DNA from: Octopus bimaculoides
Lineage: Eukaryota
Length of the DNA: 46,027 nt
Direction of reading: 5' to 3'
Assembly (NCBI RefSeq): GCF_001194135.2
Contig: NC_068982.1
Location: forward strand, 51,111,683 to 51,157,709
Positions 11,891 through 23,994 of this stretch are shown one piece after another (the stretch's first letter is position 1; each line of letters starts with the position of its first letter). Made by a program: the position numbers and the translations under genes. A model generated the notes under the pieces. The model was not told the origin of the DNA, did not search any database, and was given only the letters and a program-made list of their open reading frames with translations.

Positions 11891-12150
11891 GAGCGTTCTC
11901 AATGACGAATGACGTCACAGAACAATCGTCTGCTTCTTTCAAAAATTCCAAAACGTGAGCGTTCTTAATGACGAATGACGTCACAGAGCAATCGTCTGCT
12001 TCTTTCAAAAATTCCAAAACGGGAACGTTCTTAATGACGAATGACGTCACAGAGCAATCGTCTGCTTCTTTCAAAAATTCCAAAACGTGAGCGTTCTTAA
12101 TGACGAATGACGTTACAGAACAATCGTCTGCCTCTTTCAAAAATTCGTGA
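11891..12150. repeat. 66-bp tandem repeat x~4, each with a CRE-type motif
   Basis: Unit gagcgttcttaatgacgaatgacgtcacagagcaatcgtctgcttctttcaaaaattccaaaacgt. TGACGTCA at 11910, 11976 and 12042; TGACGTTA at 12108. Confidence 0.95.
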
Positions 12151-12631
12151 ACGTTTAGTAACTTCAATTAGACAAGCTTTATGGTGAATATAAATTGTTT
12201 CGGATCTTTTTTGTTGCTGTCACAGATTTTGAAACTTAAACATTTTAAGAATATACGACATTTTTGATTTAATTTTTAAAATATTCTAATCAGAAGCTGA
12301 TTAAATTTATAGAATTTACAGCCACAGTAATGTGTGTGTGTGTGTTTTATGTATATGTACATATGTATGCATAATTTTATATGTATGTATATATTTGTGT
12401 GTGTGTAAGGTCGAACGTTCTTAATTAGTCACAAAATGATCGTCTACTTACTTTGCAATTCAAAAACCTTTTTGTATATGTGAATCGAATGAGTTTTATG
12501 ATGAATATAAATCACTTATTCATATCGTTACTACCTGGTAATATTAGTACATATTTTAAATTCAAATTACGACAAACGTAAACAAGCAAACGAAGTTTGC
12601 TTTTAGAAGCGCTGAGATGTCTTAGAAAGTT

Positions 12632-12699
12632 AAAGAAGTGATTTTAGATTCTCAATCGCAGGATAATGCTCATAATTGAGAATCTAAAATCACTTCTTT
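12632..12699. other. Perfect 25-bp stem / 18-nt loop hairpin
   Basis: aaagaagtgattttagattctcaat (12632-12656) is the exact reverse complement of attgagaatctaaaatcacttcttt (12675-12699). Confidence 0.9.
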
Positions 12700-12779
12700 C
12701 TAGTACATATTGTTTTATTTGTTGTTATAGAATATACTATTTGCACTATTATAGTAACAATGTTGAAATGTGGGTATTA

Positions 12780-14015
12780 TTAGGTTGTTTCACATGAAAT
12801 GTCACATTTTTAATTACTTTTAAAAACTCAATTATGTATACCTTGCATTTAATGTTGACTCTTTTTCTTTCCCAACGATATTAGTATAGAAAATTCGTAC
12901 CCACAGACCTTATGAAAATGATAACAACCAAACTATGTTGAGTGATTTTCTTGTATGAGCACAAAGTGGGTCACTCTGCTGCAGAAGCTCTATGGAATAT
13001 TAAACAGGCCTTTGGTAATGGTTTTGTTGACATCAGAACTTTTCAAATATGGTTCCAAAGCTCTCGTTCAGATGATAGCCTTGAAAATAAATCAAGGGTA
13101 GGCCAAAATCAGTTATTTGGCATGAAGGATTAAATGCTTTGGTTGAACAAAATACGAGAACAAAGGTTCAAAAACTTTCATCAGAACTCCAAACATTTCA
13201 CACAACTGTTTTTGGACATCTGTAAAAAATTGGAAAAGTCAAGAAAACAGATAGGTTTGTTCCACATCAACTGAATGAGATTCAAAAAGATAGATGCCTC
13301 GAAGTGTGCACCTTATTGCTTTCTTGAGACTAGAAAAAGACCATTTTTGCATCAAATCATGACTTGTGATGAGAAATGGATACTCTTTGACAACATCAGG
13401 AGAACAGGACAGTGATTAGATGCAGGAGAGTCACCTAAACACTACCCAAGCCCATCATTGCACTCTAAAAAGCTAGTGGTCACTGTATGGTGGTCTGCGA
13501 AGGGAGTTATTCATTATTCATTTTTGCAACAAGGATAAAGAGTAACAGCAACATCATATTGCCAGGAAATTGATTGTATGCATGAGAATTTGAAAAAGAA
13601 GCAACCCAGACTAGTGAATAGAGATGACCCAATTTTGCTCCTCAACAATGCATGTCCTCACACTCCTCAAGCTATGGTCCAAAAGTTGCAAAGCCTGAAT
13701 TATGAGATTTTGCAACATTTCCCTATTCCCCTGATATCTTTCCTTCTGATCATCAGTTATTTAAGCATTTGGAGCATTTCATTAGCAATAAAGCATTCTT
13801 AAATAGAGAAGAGGAAATTGAAGCATTCGGACAGTTTATCACAGCAAAAGATGAATTTTTTTTTTTAAAGATGGAATATATGACATAGAGAAACGTTGGG
13901 TAAATGTCTTAAATGAACATGGGTCATAATTTGATTAAATAAATCATTTCTCTAACACTTCTGAAACATTTTATTGTTTCCTTTCAAATATGGCATTTCA
14001 TGTGAAACAGCCTAA
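12780..14015 (+). mobile_element. Full-length but inactivated mariner transposon (Hsmar1/cecropia-like DD34D)
   Basis: TIRs TTAGGTTGTTTCACATGAAATG (12780) and catttcatgtgaaacagcctaa (to 14015), TA on both sides. Broken transposase: IFLYEHKVGHSAAE, FVPHQL, IMTCDEKWILFDN, VTVWWSAKGVIHYSFL, LLNNACPH (HDNARPH with D>N), YSPD..PSDHQLF. Multiple stops and frameshifts. Confidence 0.95.
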
Positions 14016-14029
14016 TATTATGGCCACAG

Positions 14030-14410
14030 AAGGCAGCAAGGTGGCATAACTGTTAGTATGCCGGACAAAATACTTGCAGCATTTTATCTGGCTTTACACT
14101 GAGTTCAAATTCTGCTGAGATTGATTTTGCTTTTCATCATTTCGGGAGTCAATAAAACAAATATTAGTTGAGCACTGGGGTCAATGTAGTCGACTTACCT
14201 CTCCCTTGAAATTGCTGTCCTCATGCCAAAATTTGAAATTAATATCATGTCCACAGATTAAGGTGGTGAGATGGCAAAATTGTTAGCATGCCAGGGAAAA
14301 TGCTTAGAAGCATTTCGTTCATCTTTACATGCAGCACTGAGGTCGATGTAATCAACTTACCCCTCACCTGAAATTACTGACCTTACACCAAAATTTGAAA
14401 CCAATACTGC
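14030..14410 (+). mobile_element. Two adjacent Nin/Meta-type SINE copies
   Basis: Heads aaggtggcataactgttag (~14038) and aaggtggtgagatggcaaaattgttag (~14261); both end ccaaaatttgaaa. Confidence 0.75.
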
Positions 14411-15119
14411 AGTTTCAGACTATCTACATTGTGATATTAGGTAAACTGACATCTAGCTGTTATGCCCATTCCTTTATGATCTCCAGAGTTTTATGTACTG
14501 AAATCATGAAGGATTAAGAATTTGCAGAATTTTCAGTTTGAAAAAAAGTCTTTTCAATCACAGATTAGTAAAGTTAATGAATTTAGAGCTGTAGTACTTA
14601 TCTATTTAAGAATATTGGTTTACATAGACTTTTTTCATTATTAATTACGAATCTTGGATGGACATTCTTTGAATGATACCATAAAACAATTGCTTCTTTT
14701 AAAGCAAATTTAAAAGGTTTTATGATGAGTTTGATAATATTTCTTTTTATTATTACTAATTAGTAATATTAGTTAGTATGTATGTATCATTATTTATTAG
14801 TTGCTGTTATAGACTATTACTTACTACTATTATAATGACAATTATCAGCTTGAGTGATATTACATAGACAAACTGAAATCTAAATGAGATTTGTTATTAC
14901 AGAAAATTAGCATTCTGAACTTACTCATTTAAAGCACAGATGTTTATTTATTTATTCTGAGCATCTGTAGTATTTATTGCCCCTGTGCATCTGCTGCACA
15001 TGAAAGCTATCTTCCCAGTTAATCTTCCTTTGATGTTGCTGCACCTCTTATGTGTCCATAGCTTCAAAAATCTTTGTGGACAAGAATCAGATGAGCTTCA
15101 TAGCATGAATAAGTTATTT

Positions 15120-15340
15120 TGGTGAGCTGGCAGAATGTTTAAAGCACGAGAAAAAAGATTTCCAGTATTTTTCCCCAGCTCTTTACATTCTGGGTTCAAA
15201 TTCTGCTGAAATCAGCAACAACTTCGATCCCTCCAGGATCAATAAAACAGAGTACCACTCAAGTACTAGGATCAGTGTAATCACCTAACACCCTCCTTCT
15301 AAAATTGCTTGCCATGTGCCAAAATTAGAAACAATTATTA
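15120..15340 (+). mobile_element. Decayed Nin/Meta-type SINE
   Basis: ggtgagctggcagaatg...ttctgggttcaaattctgctga...gtgccaaaattagaaac. Confidence 0.7.
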
Positions 15341-15687
15341 ATAGTCTTAGCTATTACATTTTATTTTCAGTTGTTATTGTTGTTTGGGGTGTCAAACTTG
15401 AGAAACTATGTAGATTAGCAAAGGCTTCTAGTTTGGTACCTCACTGTTTTGAATTTTTATGTCACAATCTACTTGGCTACCATTATATTTCTCTTCAGGT
15501 TTGATAAAATAATACCAGAAAAACATCAACAAAATCCATTCAGTAAGCCATTAAAGACATCTAATGCTTATCCAAAAGAAATCATTAGTTTAATGTATTA
15601 AATAAAGCAACTAAAACTTACTATATTAAATCATTACTATTATCTTTCTATGGCTCATTCTTTTTTTATTTTTTTATATAATTTCAG

Positions 15688-15757
15688 ATTAAAAAAGAAG
15701 ATATTATCTATGAACCTTTAAGATTCCGCAGACAAACTGTCTGTGACTGCCCACCAG
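15688..15757 (+). CDS. Internal coding exon of a probable membrane-associated collagen (MACIT COL13/23/25-like or colmedin-like): furin site + CxC + start of the first Gly-X-Y domain
   Basis: Strong acceptor (tttttttatttttttatataatttcag|) and donor (ccaccag|gtatga). The 70-nt exon is open in phase 0 to phase 1: IKKEDIIYEPLRFRRQTVCDCPP-G. RFRR fits the R-x-R/K-R furin consensus. CDCPPG resembles the motif before COL1 in vertebrate MACITs (e.g. ECVCPPGPPG, GCNCPPGPPG). Family call is inference from one exon. Confidence 0.7.
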
Positions 15758-16025
15758 GTATGACAAATTCATTTGTGTGAAAGAAGAGATAATTAATTGA
15801 AATATTTTCTTTTGATATTTGCAGTAATTTATGAGGAGTTTACATTACAAAAGATTTTTTTTTTCAGCGTTCACAATATTTCTTTCTGTATATGCTATAT
15901 ACAAATCTGTTTGAATAGTCATCTCTGAATTTCTATTCATCTCACGATTTCTACAATTCTTAAGTCTTCAGTATATTTATGAATTTTTTTTATTAATACT
16001 GCACATGCATATTCATATATTTGTG

Positions 16026-16026
<1 letters not shown>

Positions 16027-16089
<63 letters not shown>

Positions 16090-16300
16090 TTAACACCTGT
16101 TTTCCATGCTGGCTTAACAGAAACTGACAAGGCCAGGGACCATACCAGGTTCCATAGTCTGTTTTCACTTGGTTTCTACAGCTAGATATCCTTCCTAACA
16201 CCAACCATTTTACAGAGTGTACTGGATACTTTTTACATGGCACCAACACTAGTACTTTTCATGTGGAACCAGCACTTATGTGGCACCAACACCAATGCTT
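16027..16300 (-). mobile_element. SINE/LINE tail with a long (GAT)n end
   Basis: (CAT)n run on + followed by ttaacacctgttttccatgctggc...cttcctaacaccaaccattttacagagtgtactgg. Confidence 0.65.
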
Positions 16301-17134
16301 TTTATGTGGTACCTTGCTTGTATATATATTTACACACACATTTTCTCTCTTTCACACACATACGTATACATATAGAATACTTGTACCTTTTTTATTTGTT
16401 TGTGTAATGATGGAAAAACCTTAAAATGTGAATGTCATTGTGCCACCCATTAATATATTCAAACTACATTGTCTGATGATAATAAGTCTCTTCAAATCCC
16501 TCTGAGATTAGTAATACATGAAATAAGAAAAAGAAATTGTTGATTTTATTTTAAAAAAATAAATTAACTTAGCTGGTTTCATGTTACAAAGTTAGTCTTT
16601 AAATGAGACCCCGCCTGCCAGGCTAAGTGCTCCTCAGAGAATGGCAACTTAATGTAGTACCCCTAAATAAGTTTTTAAAAGTCAATATTTAAAGAATCTT
16701 TTTAAGGAAATTGGCATTCAGACGCTGATGAATGTATGTACATTTGTTCTGTTTTTAAATTAAATTTAGAGAAAGGTCTAGTCTTCAATCCTGTAACAAC
16801 ACTCTTTCATTGGAGCTTAGACAACACCAACAAACTAGTCATGAATGAATGCATGTAGAGGTAGGCTGAACATTTTAACACCCTGCTTAAACAGGATTCT
16901 GGTGCACACTCCACTTCCTTTGTATGCACAGGGGCAATATAAGAACAGGAACTAGTACTGGTCCCTTTAACATAGTTCTTGTGTGTTATATCTACTGCAA
17001 GATTGAAGAGAGCAACGGGGTAGAATGGATTTCAGGTTACATGGAAACCCATTAATATTAGAGAGCATCCAGCTGCAATAGGAGTGCCAACACCATCAAA
17101 ACAAGTGTGGTAATAAATAGCTGTCTGTAATACT

Positions 17135-17700
17135 ATCTTTTAAATATCTGGAGAGCATTCTTTCTGAGGATGGCTGTGTTGACAACAATATCCAGGGCTG
17201 CATTAAATAAGCATTGGTTTCCCTTTGAGGACTTTGATGCAAAGTCTTTCAGAATAAGAGTTTTCATTCCTCCATAGAGTTTGCCATATTCCAAGTGATC
17301 TCTTTGACATCCCTCCTCTGTAACTGCAAAACTTGACTTCCATAGTCATAGCATGTTGTACTTTCACATGAGCTGCCTCCTGTACACCCAGCATGAGCAT
17401 GTACTTCACATTCAGATACTTACAGTGACAAACTGCATAAGTATTGAATTTCATTTGCAGTGGTTGGAACACACATTAGGATCCTAACATTCGGTTACCT
17501 TGTAGAGTAGTGTATGGCCAGCTACCACAGTTGAGGATCAGATGAGTATCACTTTAGAGAAGTGATAGATCAAATTTGGAGGATTTTATTGCTGACTATA
17601 CCATTTGTGTGGAGAATGTCTTCACATGTTGGATATTGAAAGAATAACCAGAAGACTGGAGAAGACACTAGGTGAGATGCAACCATCATTGTTGCAGCTT
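17135..17700 (+). mobile_element. Old RTE-clade LINE fragment (RT C-terminal region)
   Basis: FKYLESILSEDGCVDNNIQGCIK*ALVSL*GL*CKVFQNKSFH...SLLCNCKT* parallels RTE FKYLGS...RLR.RVF...LLYGCETW and the better copy at 38411-40018. Confidence 0.65.
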
Positions 17701-19335
17701 GTGGGTCCAGAACAGGTCTGTCTAACCATTAAAGATCTCAACATTAAAGGAATGACTGTTGTTATACCATCTCAATAAACAGCTGAAGGAGAAAATATGT
17801 CTGTGCATACTTCATTTGTTCATTAATTGTTTCTTTACTGATTAGCATTCTAAAGTTTATAAGAAGTCATCTACTTGCTGGCAAGATAGTAAAAGAAATG
17901 TAATCAAAGAAAGATGCTTACATCATCATCCTTTGCACAACCATTTCTGTTTTTATGAAGGTCTTTCAAATTTGTATTGCCCCAGATATCATGAACATCT
18001 ATCAGAGCAGTGTGTATCTTGAGTACTGGATTTGCAGAATCCTCTTCACTGTTTCATAGATGTCCTTCTTCTATTGTATTTTTCATACTGTTTACTACAT
18101 ACTGAATTCTACAACAGAGCATGTTTTTTTTATTTTATTCCAAGCAACAATATCTGATCAGTTGTGTTTTAATTGGGTCACTATTTATATTCTTAGGTTT
18201 CATTAATTTTATTTGAATCCCTCAGTCTCAATATATTCGTCTTTTATTTGCTGTTATTTTTTTCATATTTGCTCTCTTCCAGATTGATTTGCTTTATGGA
18301 AAGCTTAGTATGTAGGGAATATTCTATCACAGTTGATAATGATGTGGCTAATCTTTCAGTTTTGATTCTGTAATTTGTAAGCTGATGTTTTCTCTTTTGT
18401 GTAGAAATGGATTTCTTCCAACTGGATTGCATAGTAGTACAGACAATGTGAAATGTTATAAATTTGTCAGTAGTCCATGCCAAGCTTTTGGTGTGGTTAA
18501 TTCCCTCTGTGGTCTGTTTTATCATTTCCACTTCCACTATGCATGTACAACTTTCTCCTTGATTTGGTCAATTTGTTCAGTTAAGTTTTCCAGTGTTCCT
18601 TGGAATGAGGTCGTTTTCTTTTCTTTATTCCTATCTTCTCTTCAAGTTCATGATCTTTTGTTCTTGCGCTTTAAAATTTGAACAAAATGGTTATTGAGCT
18701 TTTTTTTATCTGCTGTTGATGTTGCTTCGGTGTTACAGTTAAAGTTTTATAATAATAATATACATATTTAAGGTCAAGGTTATACTCCTTGCACAGGAAA
18801 TATAATCAATGTACATCCTTATCAATGTTGAAAATTTCCTGAATAATGAGAGAGGTGTATAGTGTAGATGCTGATATGGAGAATAATATAACAAACATCT
18901 GTAGGAAGCCTAAAAAAGAAAATAACTCTAGCTGCTAAAAGAGTAAGCTTCAAAGCTGCAGATAGATGTTAGAGAAGAGTGCCTGGCATTGATGTCCTCT
19001 TTGATCATTCATAAATTCACAAATTAAATTTTGAAAGTAATTCTGAGTGTAGATTAATTAATTGAGCTAAGCCAGAATTAGGTATAGTTAATGAAAGAAT
19101 GTCTTCTTTGATATGTAGGAAACTGAATAAAATACTCACCGTTATTGTGAATAGCCATTCAGCTGAATAAAATTTGTTGTACATAACAGAAGCAGCACTA
19201 GATTAAAATAGCCATCTATCTATCATACTTAATGCAAATATATCATTGAAAGGCAGTTTGCTGCAGTATTCATCCATATGGAAGTGTTATGTTTAAAAAT
19301 AGTATATGTCAAAGGAAGCTAAAAGTCATCCCAGC

Positions 19336-19496
19336 AGAGGTTATCAAGAGTGTCAAATGCATTTCAGCCTTGCTGGTGTTTCCCATATATTGGAGGCAAC
19401 AAATCTCGTATAAGCAAGTAGCTGGTTGTGAGCAAACACCATTGATAAGTCCTGGCTAGGCTGAAATGCATCTGGCATTCTTGCTAGGTACCCTCT
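19336..19496. repeat. MITE-like imperfect inverted repeat
   Basis: agaggttatcaagagtgtcaaatgcatttcagccttgc versus reverse complement of gctaggctgaaatgcatctggcattcttgctaggtaccctct. Confidence 0.65.
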
Positions 19497-19753
19497 TGGA
19501 GATTGTCATCTTCTCTTTTACTAACTCTCTCCTGTTTCCAAGTTAGGTATTTTCCCCTATGGTTTGTTTTCATGGTAGATTGGAAATGAATAACACCAAT
19601 TGTATGTTGGTGACACTTGTTTACAACTCCCATGTAATGTCAAGACAAAGAAATGCAAACACACTCTCACACACAGACACACACACATGTATATATATAT
19701 GAGACAGTTGCAAGAGAAATACCTAGCCAAGGATAAACCNNNNNNNNNNTATA

Positions 19754-19965
19754 TATAAAGCATATGGAGACTTGTTCATCCTCAAAATTTATTTTCTCTT
19801 ATTTTGCAATTTTATACAGCATATTATCATGACCTACACATGTTGCATCTGCAACTGCCAGTAGTCTGTGCAGTGGAAACACATGTAGGTCATGATAATA
19901 TGCTGTATAAAATTGTGAAATAGAAAATAAATTTTGGGTATGAACACGTCTCCATACTCTTTATA
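19754..19965. repeat. ~210-nt foldback (MITE-like) with a 32-bp perfect core stem
   Basis: 19807-19838 is the exact reverse complement of 19884-19915. Arms extend imperfectly to tataaag/ctttata. Confidence 0.9.
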
Positions 19966-20194
19966 ATTATTGCTAATATATACTCCTGATGATATTACCA
20001 TCCAATGAAGTGAACACGGAATTACCCATCGGAAGAATTCACAGAGTGATTGACAACTAATAATAGTCATAGATGTTAAATACTGATCGATGTGGTTAGT
20101 TGTAAACTGGACCTTAACTGAGAGCCACAGGCATGTTTGTGTTGTGAACAAGTTCACTTTCCAATCATGTGATATCAAGTTTGGGCAAGTCTTT

Positions 20195-20261
20195 TCTGTA
20201 ATAGCCCTGCACTGGGCATTGTCTTGTGAGTGGATTTGGTAGACGTAACTGAAAGGAGCTT

Positions 20262-20338
<77 letters not shown>

Positions 20339-20345
20339 CTGTGTT
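20195..20345 (+). mobile_element. Second-family SINE fragment plus (GT)n
   Basis: gtgagtggatttggtagacgtaactgaaag followed by a ~70-nt GT run. Confidence 0.65.
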
Positions 20346-22568
20346 TGTGTTTGTGTGCATTCCTGTGTGTGCTTGTGTGAGTGAGCTCATATTTCCCTTT
20401 TCTCCACATGCTGATTATAAACAATGACATTAATGATGGTGTTGTATGCTTGCAGTTGCAGTCCAGCACAAAAGCATGTCCAAGCTTTTTGACATGTCTT
20501 AGCATGTTGGGTTACCTTTGTAAGGAGCTGTCTTGTCCATGTTATGCCTTTATTTCTAGTTCCCCACATAAATAAGTCCAAACTGTTTATTTGATAGACT
20601 GAGAGATTATTACCTCATATGAAGACAAGTGGGGTTGGTGACCCAATGGGCTTGCACCTATTAGAAAATTCTGCTCCACTATACTTTATTCTGACCCATG
20701 CATTCATGGAAAATTTGATGTTAAAATCATGATAATGACAAAGACAGCTAATCTCTATCAGAAACATATAATGTATAACTTGAGTATGAAATATATAATT
20801 GACAAAAGTTAAGATTCTAAATGCCAATTAGAGATTTTGCTTCATTGTCCTTACAAACATTAAAATTTAGCAAAATATTTTCAAAATATACCCACAAGAT
20901 AGTATCACACTTCAATTTTCTGTAAGAAAATAGTTGTAATTTGAGTAGTCAAGTAGCAACGAATGGTTTTGTTTTAAAATAATTTTAAAATGCTGGAATA
21001 GAAATACAAATACTTTTTTTGTACAAAGATTTAAAACAAACCTATATAATGCTATGTTTTACACAAATGATGCAAAACGCTTTCATTTTAATTACAATAA
21101 AGTAGATATTTAGGAAATACCATTAAGCCTATAAATATAAATCATATACAAATGTGATTTGATATGAAAGATAATTGTTTCCATCAGTCATTAACATATC
21201 CAGTAATTTATTTCCTACAATTTGTGTATTTCCCATTATGTGTGTGTGTGCACGCGCACATGCACAAGCACACATACATGTACATCATTACTTAAAAATT
21301 GATGATGTTGAAAAAAAGTAGAATCACAATATGTAAAAATTTTTAAATTTAAATTCACTTTACTATCTCTCTGGATATTTTAAATAGATTATTTAAGAGA
21401 TATTACTATATTCAAAATCATAAAGATTTTAATTTCAGGTGTTTTGTTCTTTCTCTTTAAGATGTAGAAGTATTATTGTTGTTCTTTACTAGTTTTGCTA
21501 TTGAAGCAAGTATGGTCATGATGGCTCTTAAGTCATCCATTCAGATACTTACATTTATTGTGTTGTATTGGATTAAGTACATGAATACAAACTATTTCAG
21601 ACCTAACAGAACTGTAACTAAAGAATTAGAAAGTAAAAATTCATTATCTAAAATTCTTTTATTCACTTCTGTCATTGAAACACGGCCATACTGAGGGGAC
21701 TGCCTTCAAAGGTTTTAGTAAATCATATCAATTTCAGTATGGTACTATCAAAATTTATCTACCAAGTTGCCTTTTGATATGAAGGGACATTACCCAATGC
21801 AACACTTTACACAAGTTTTCTCAGATACACACACATGTATGTGTGTGTGTGTGTGTGTGTGTGTTTATACACACACATTTTCATCTACTAAATTCCATTC
21901 ACAAAATATTATTCTGCCCAAAACTACACTTGCTCAAGCTGTAGCAAAATGGAATCAAATTCAGAACCATTTGGGTGTGATGCCTACTTCTTAACTATAT
22001 GGCTATGTAGGGGTGGGAGGTTATATGTTGCATATTTGTCTAAACCAAGCTAGCATGGAAAAATGGATGTCAGAATTATCAAAATGAATGTGTGTATTTA
22101 TGTATGTGCATAAAGCTCATGATTTATGTGCCTTTGATTTTTATATCACAATTTGTGAAGAATAGCATTCATTGGTTACAGATTTCGTTTCCAATGAACC
22201 ACTTGCTTGTTCACTTAACAACATTTCACTTAACAACAGGGGAGTATCCACAACTCAATGAACTTCATTTAAAGAGCAGCAGCTTTTCATTAATATTTAC
22301 ATCATTTTAAAAATAATGTGTAAATATAGTATGTATATATCTATACTATAGTAAAGAAAGCTGCTTATCTATTAATTTGGAGTTTGTAACTTGTACTAAA
22401 AGAAAGCCGTATTTAAAGTCTACACTATCTGGAAAATTACTAAAAATTGGAATTTTAATATATTTTTATCAAAATGTGGTTCTTGAATATCTTTTATTGT
22501 TGAAAATTTCAAGTATAAAGAACTAATTGTAAATCACTACAAGCTAGTGTTTCCTCTTTGTCCCCCAC

Positions 22569-22594
22569 CTCTCTCTCTCTTCTCTCTTCTCTCT

Positions 22595-22637
<43 letters not shown>

Positions 22638-22676
22638 TACACACACACTCACTCACTCACTCACTCACTCACTCAC
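22569..22676. repeat. Compound microsatellite (CT)n(CA)n(CTCA)n
   Basis: Direct reading. Confidence 0.9.
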
Positions 22677-23994
22677 TTGAGTATAGTATGAAACCTGTTA
22701 TATATTTCTGATAGTTCATTCCTTTGCTGAAATCACTGTTCATGTTATCATAGTTCATATGAATGGGAATACAAAAAATATCATTTCTTATCTCTGTACA
22801 TAAATTGTGTGTTTATATAGATTATAAATATGTATGTCAATGGAAAAGTAATGCAGAACAAATAATATATTATACAACCTACATTAAGTTTTTTCAATAT
22901 GATTTTTTCCTGTACATACCATGTGTGCATTCCGGTTCTCTGTCATGCAAAGTTACTAAAATCTTCTGATATGTATATATACATGATAAATTGAGGACTT
23001 TTATGTGGCTACTGAATGAGTGTTATCAGATGAATTTAGGATACAAAGGGAAATTAACCATAACATACCAGAAAAATTACACAAACAGGGAATCGTATGT
23101 GTAAATATTATTTAGCAACTAGCAGAAAACTGCCTTTCTGAAATTTGTTAGAACAATATTTTTAATGAAATGAAATTTTCTAGAGATATGGGCATAATTT
23201 GAAAAAAAAATATCAGAGGTGAATTTGTTGATATGGATCTTGGGTATGCTATGGGCCTTTGAATATACTCAAGTAATCCCTGCTATTTCTACCACACGAA
23301 AAGGCCATATAGAGAATGGGCTACCTTTGAGTTTCTTCATAAGCAAGAGATTAAGACTGACAAAATAATGAAAGAAATATTTACTGATTTAGTGACTATA
23401 TTATTAGATGAATAGAAGATACATAGGAAAATAATATGTAACATATCAGAAAAATGAATCAAACAGAGAATTAGATGTGTAAATATTTAGTGACTAACAG
23501 CAAACCACCTGCCAGTATTTAGTAATAGATATGTAAGATGATGATTGTTAGTTCATGGAGAAAACAAAATGTATTCTTGTAGTTTTAGATATTTTATTTT
23601 TGCTAATAAAGCAACTGGAATATGATGAATCTAGAGTAAATGTTCAATGAATTACAGCAATGAAAAAAGCTCATCTATTTTTAACATAGATATTTCATGC
23701 TTATGTGTACTAAAGATGCATGCATGTGTATATGTGACAGATTAATGGTGTCTGCATGAATGACAAATCTATTTGTAATTTGAGATGGCCTTTAATTCAT
23801 ATGTGTATGTGACAAATTTATGCATTGCCAAGCTAGTTAGATAATCTGTTTGGGTGACACAGCATTTTTAGAAAGGTATATGTGTGTGAATCTGAGCAGT
23901 TTATCTCCTGGGTTTTTCCAACCAATGTAGAAAACAATCTCTGTTTTGTAGTCAAAATTACCTTTTTATTTGCCATGGTTACATTTTGTGTCAC

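Noticed and set aside
11891-12150. CRISPR-like array, or a repeat protein (ORF 11676..12167)
   Set aside because: The units are contiguous with no unique spacers and the genome is eukaryotic. The ORF is just the 66-bp period read into a TA run.
18385-18681. BIR-like or host exon (NGFLPTG...DNVKCY)
   Set aside because: It lacks the BIR C-x2-C...H...C pattern. The region looks more like antisense of a decayed non-LTR element that I could not classify.
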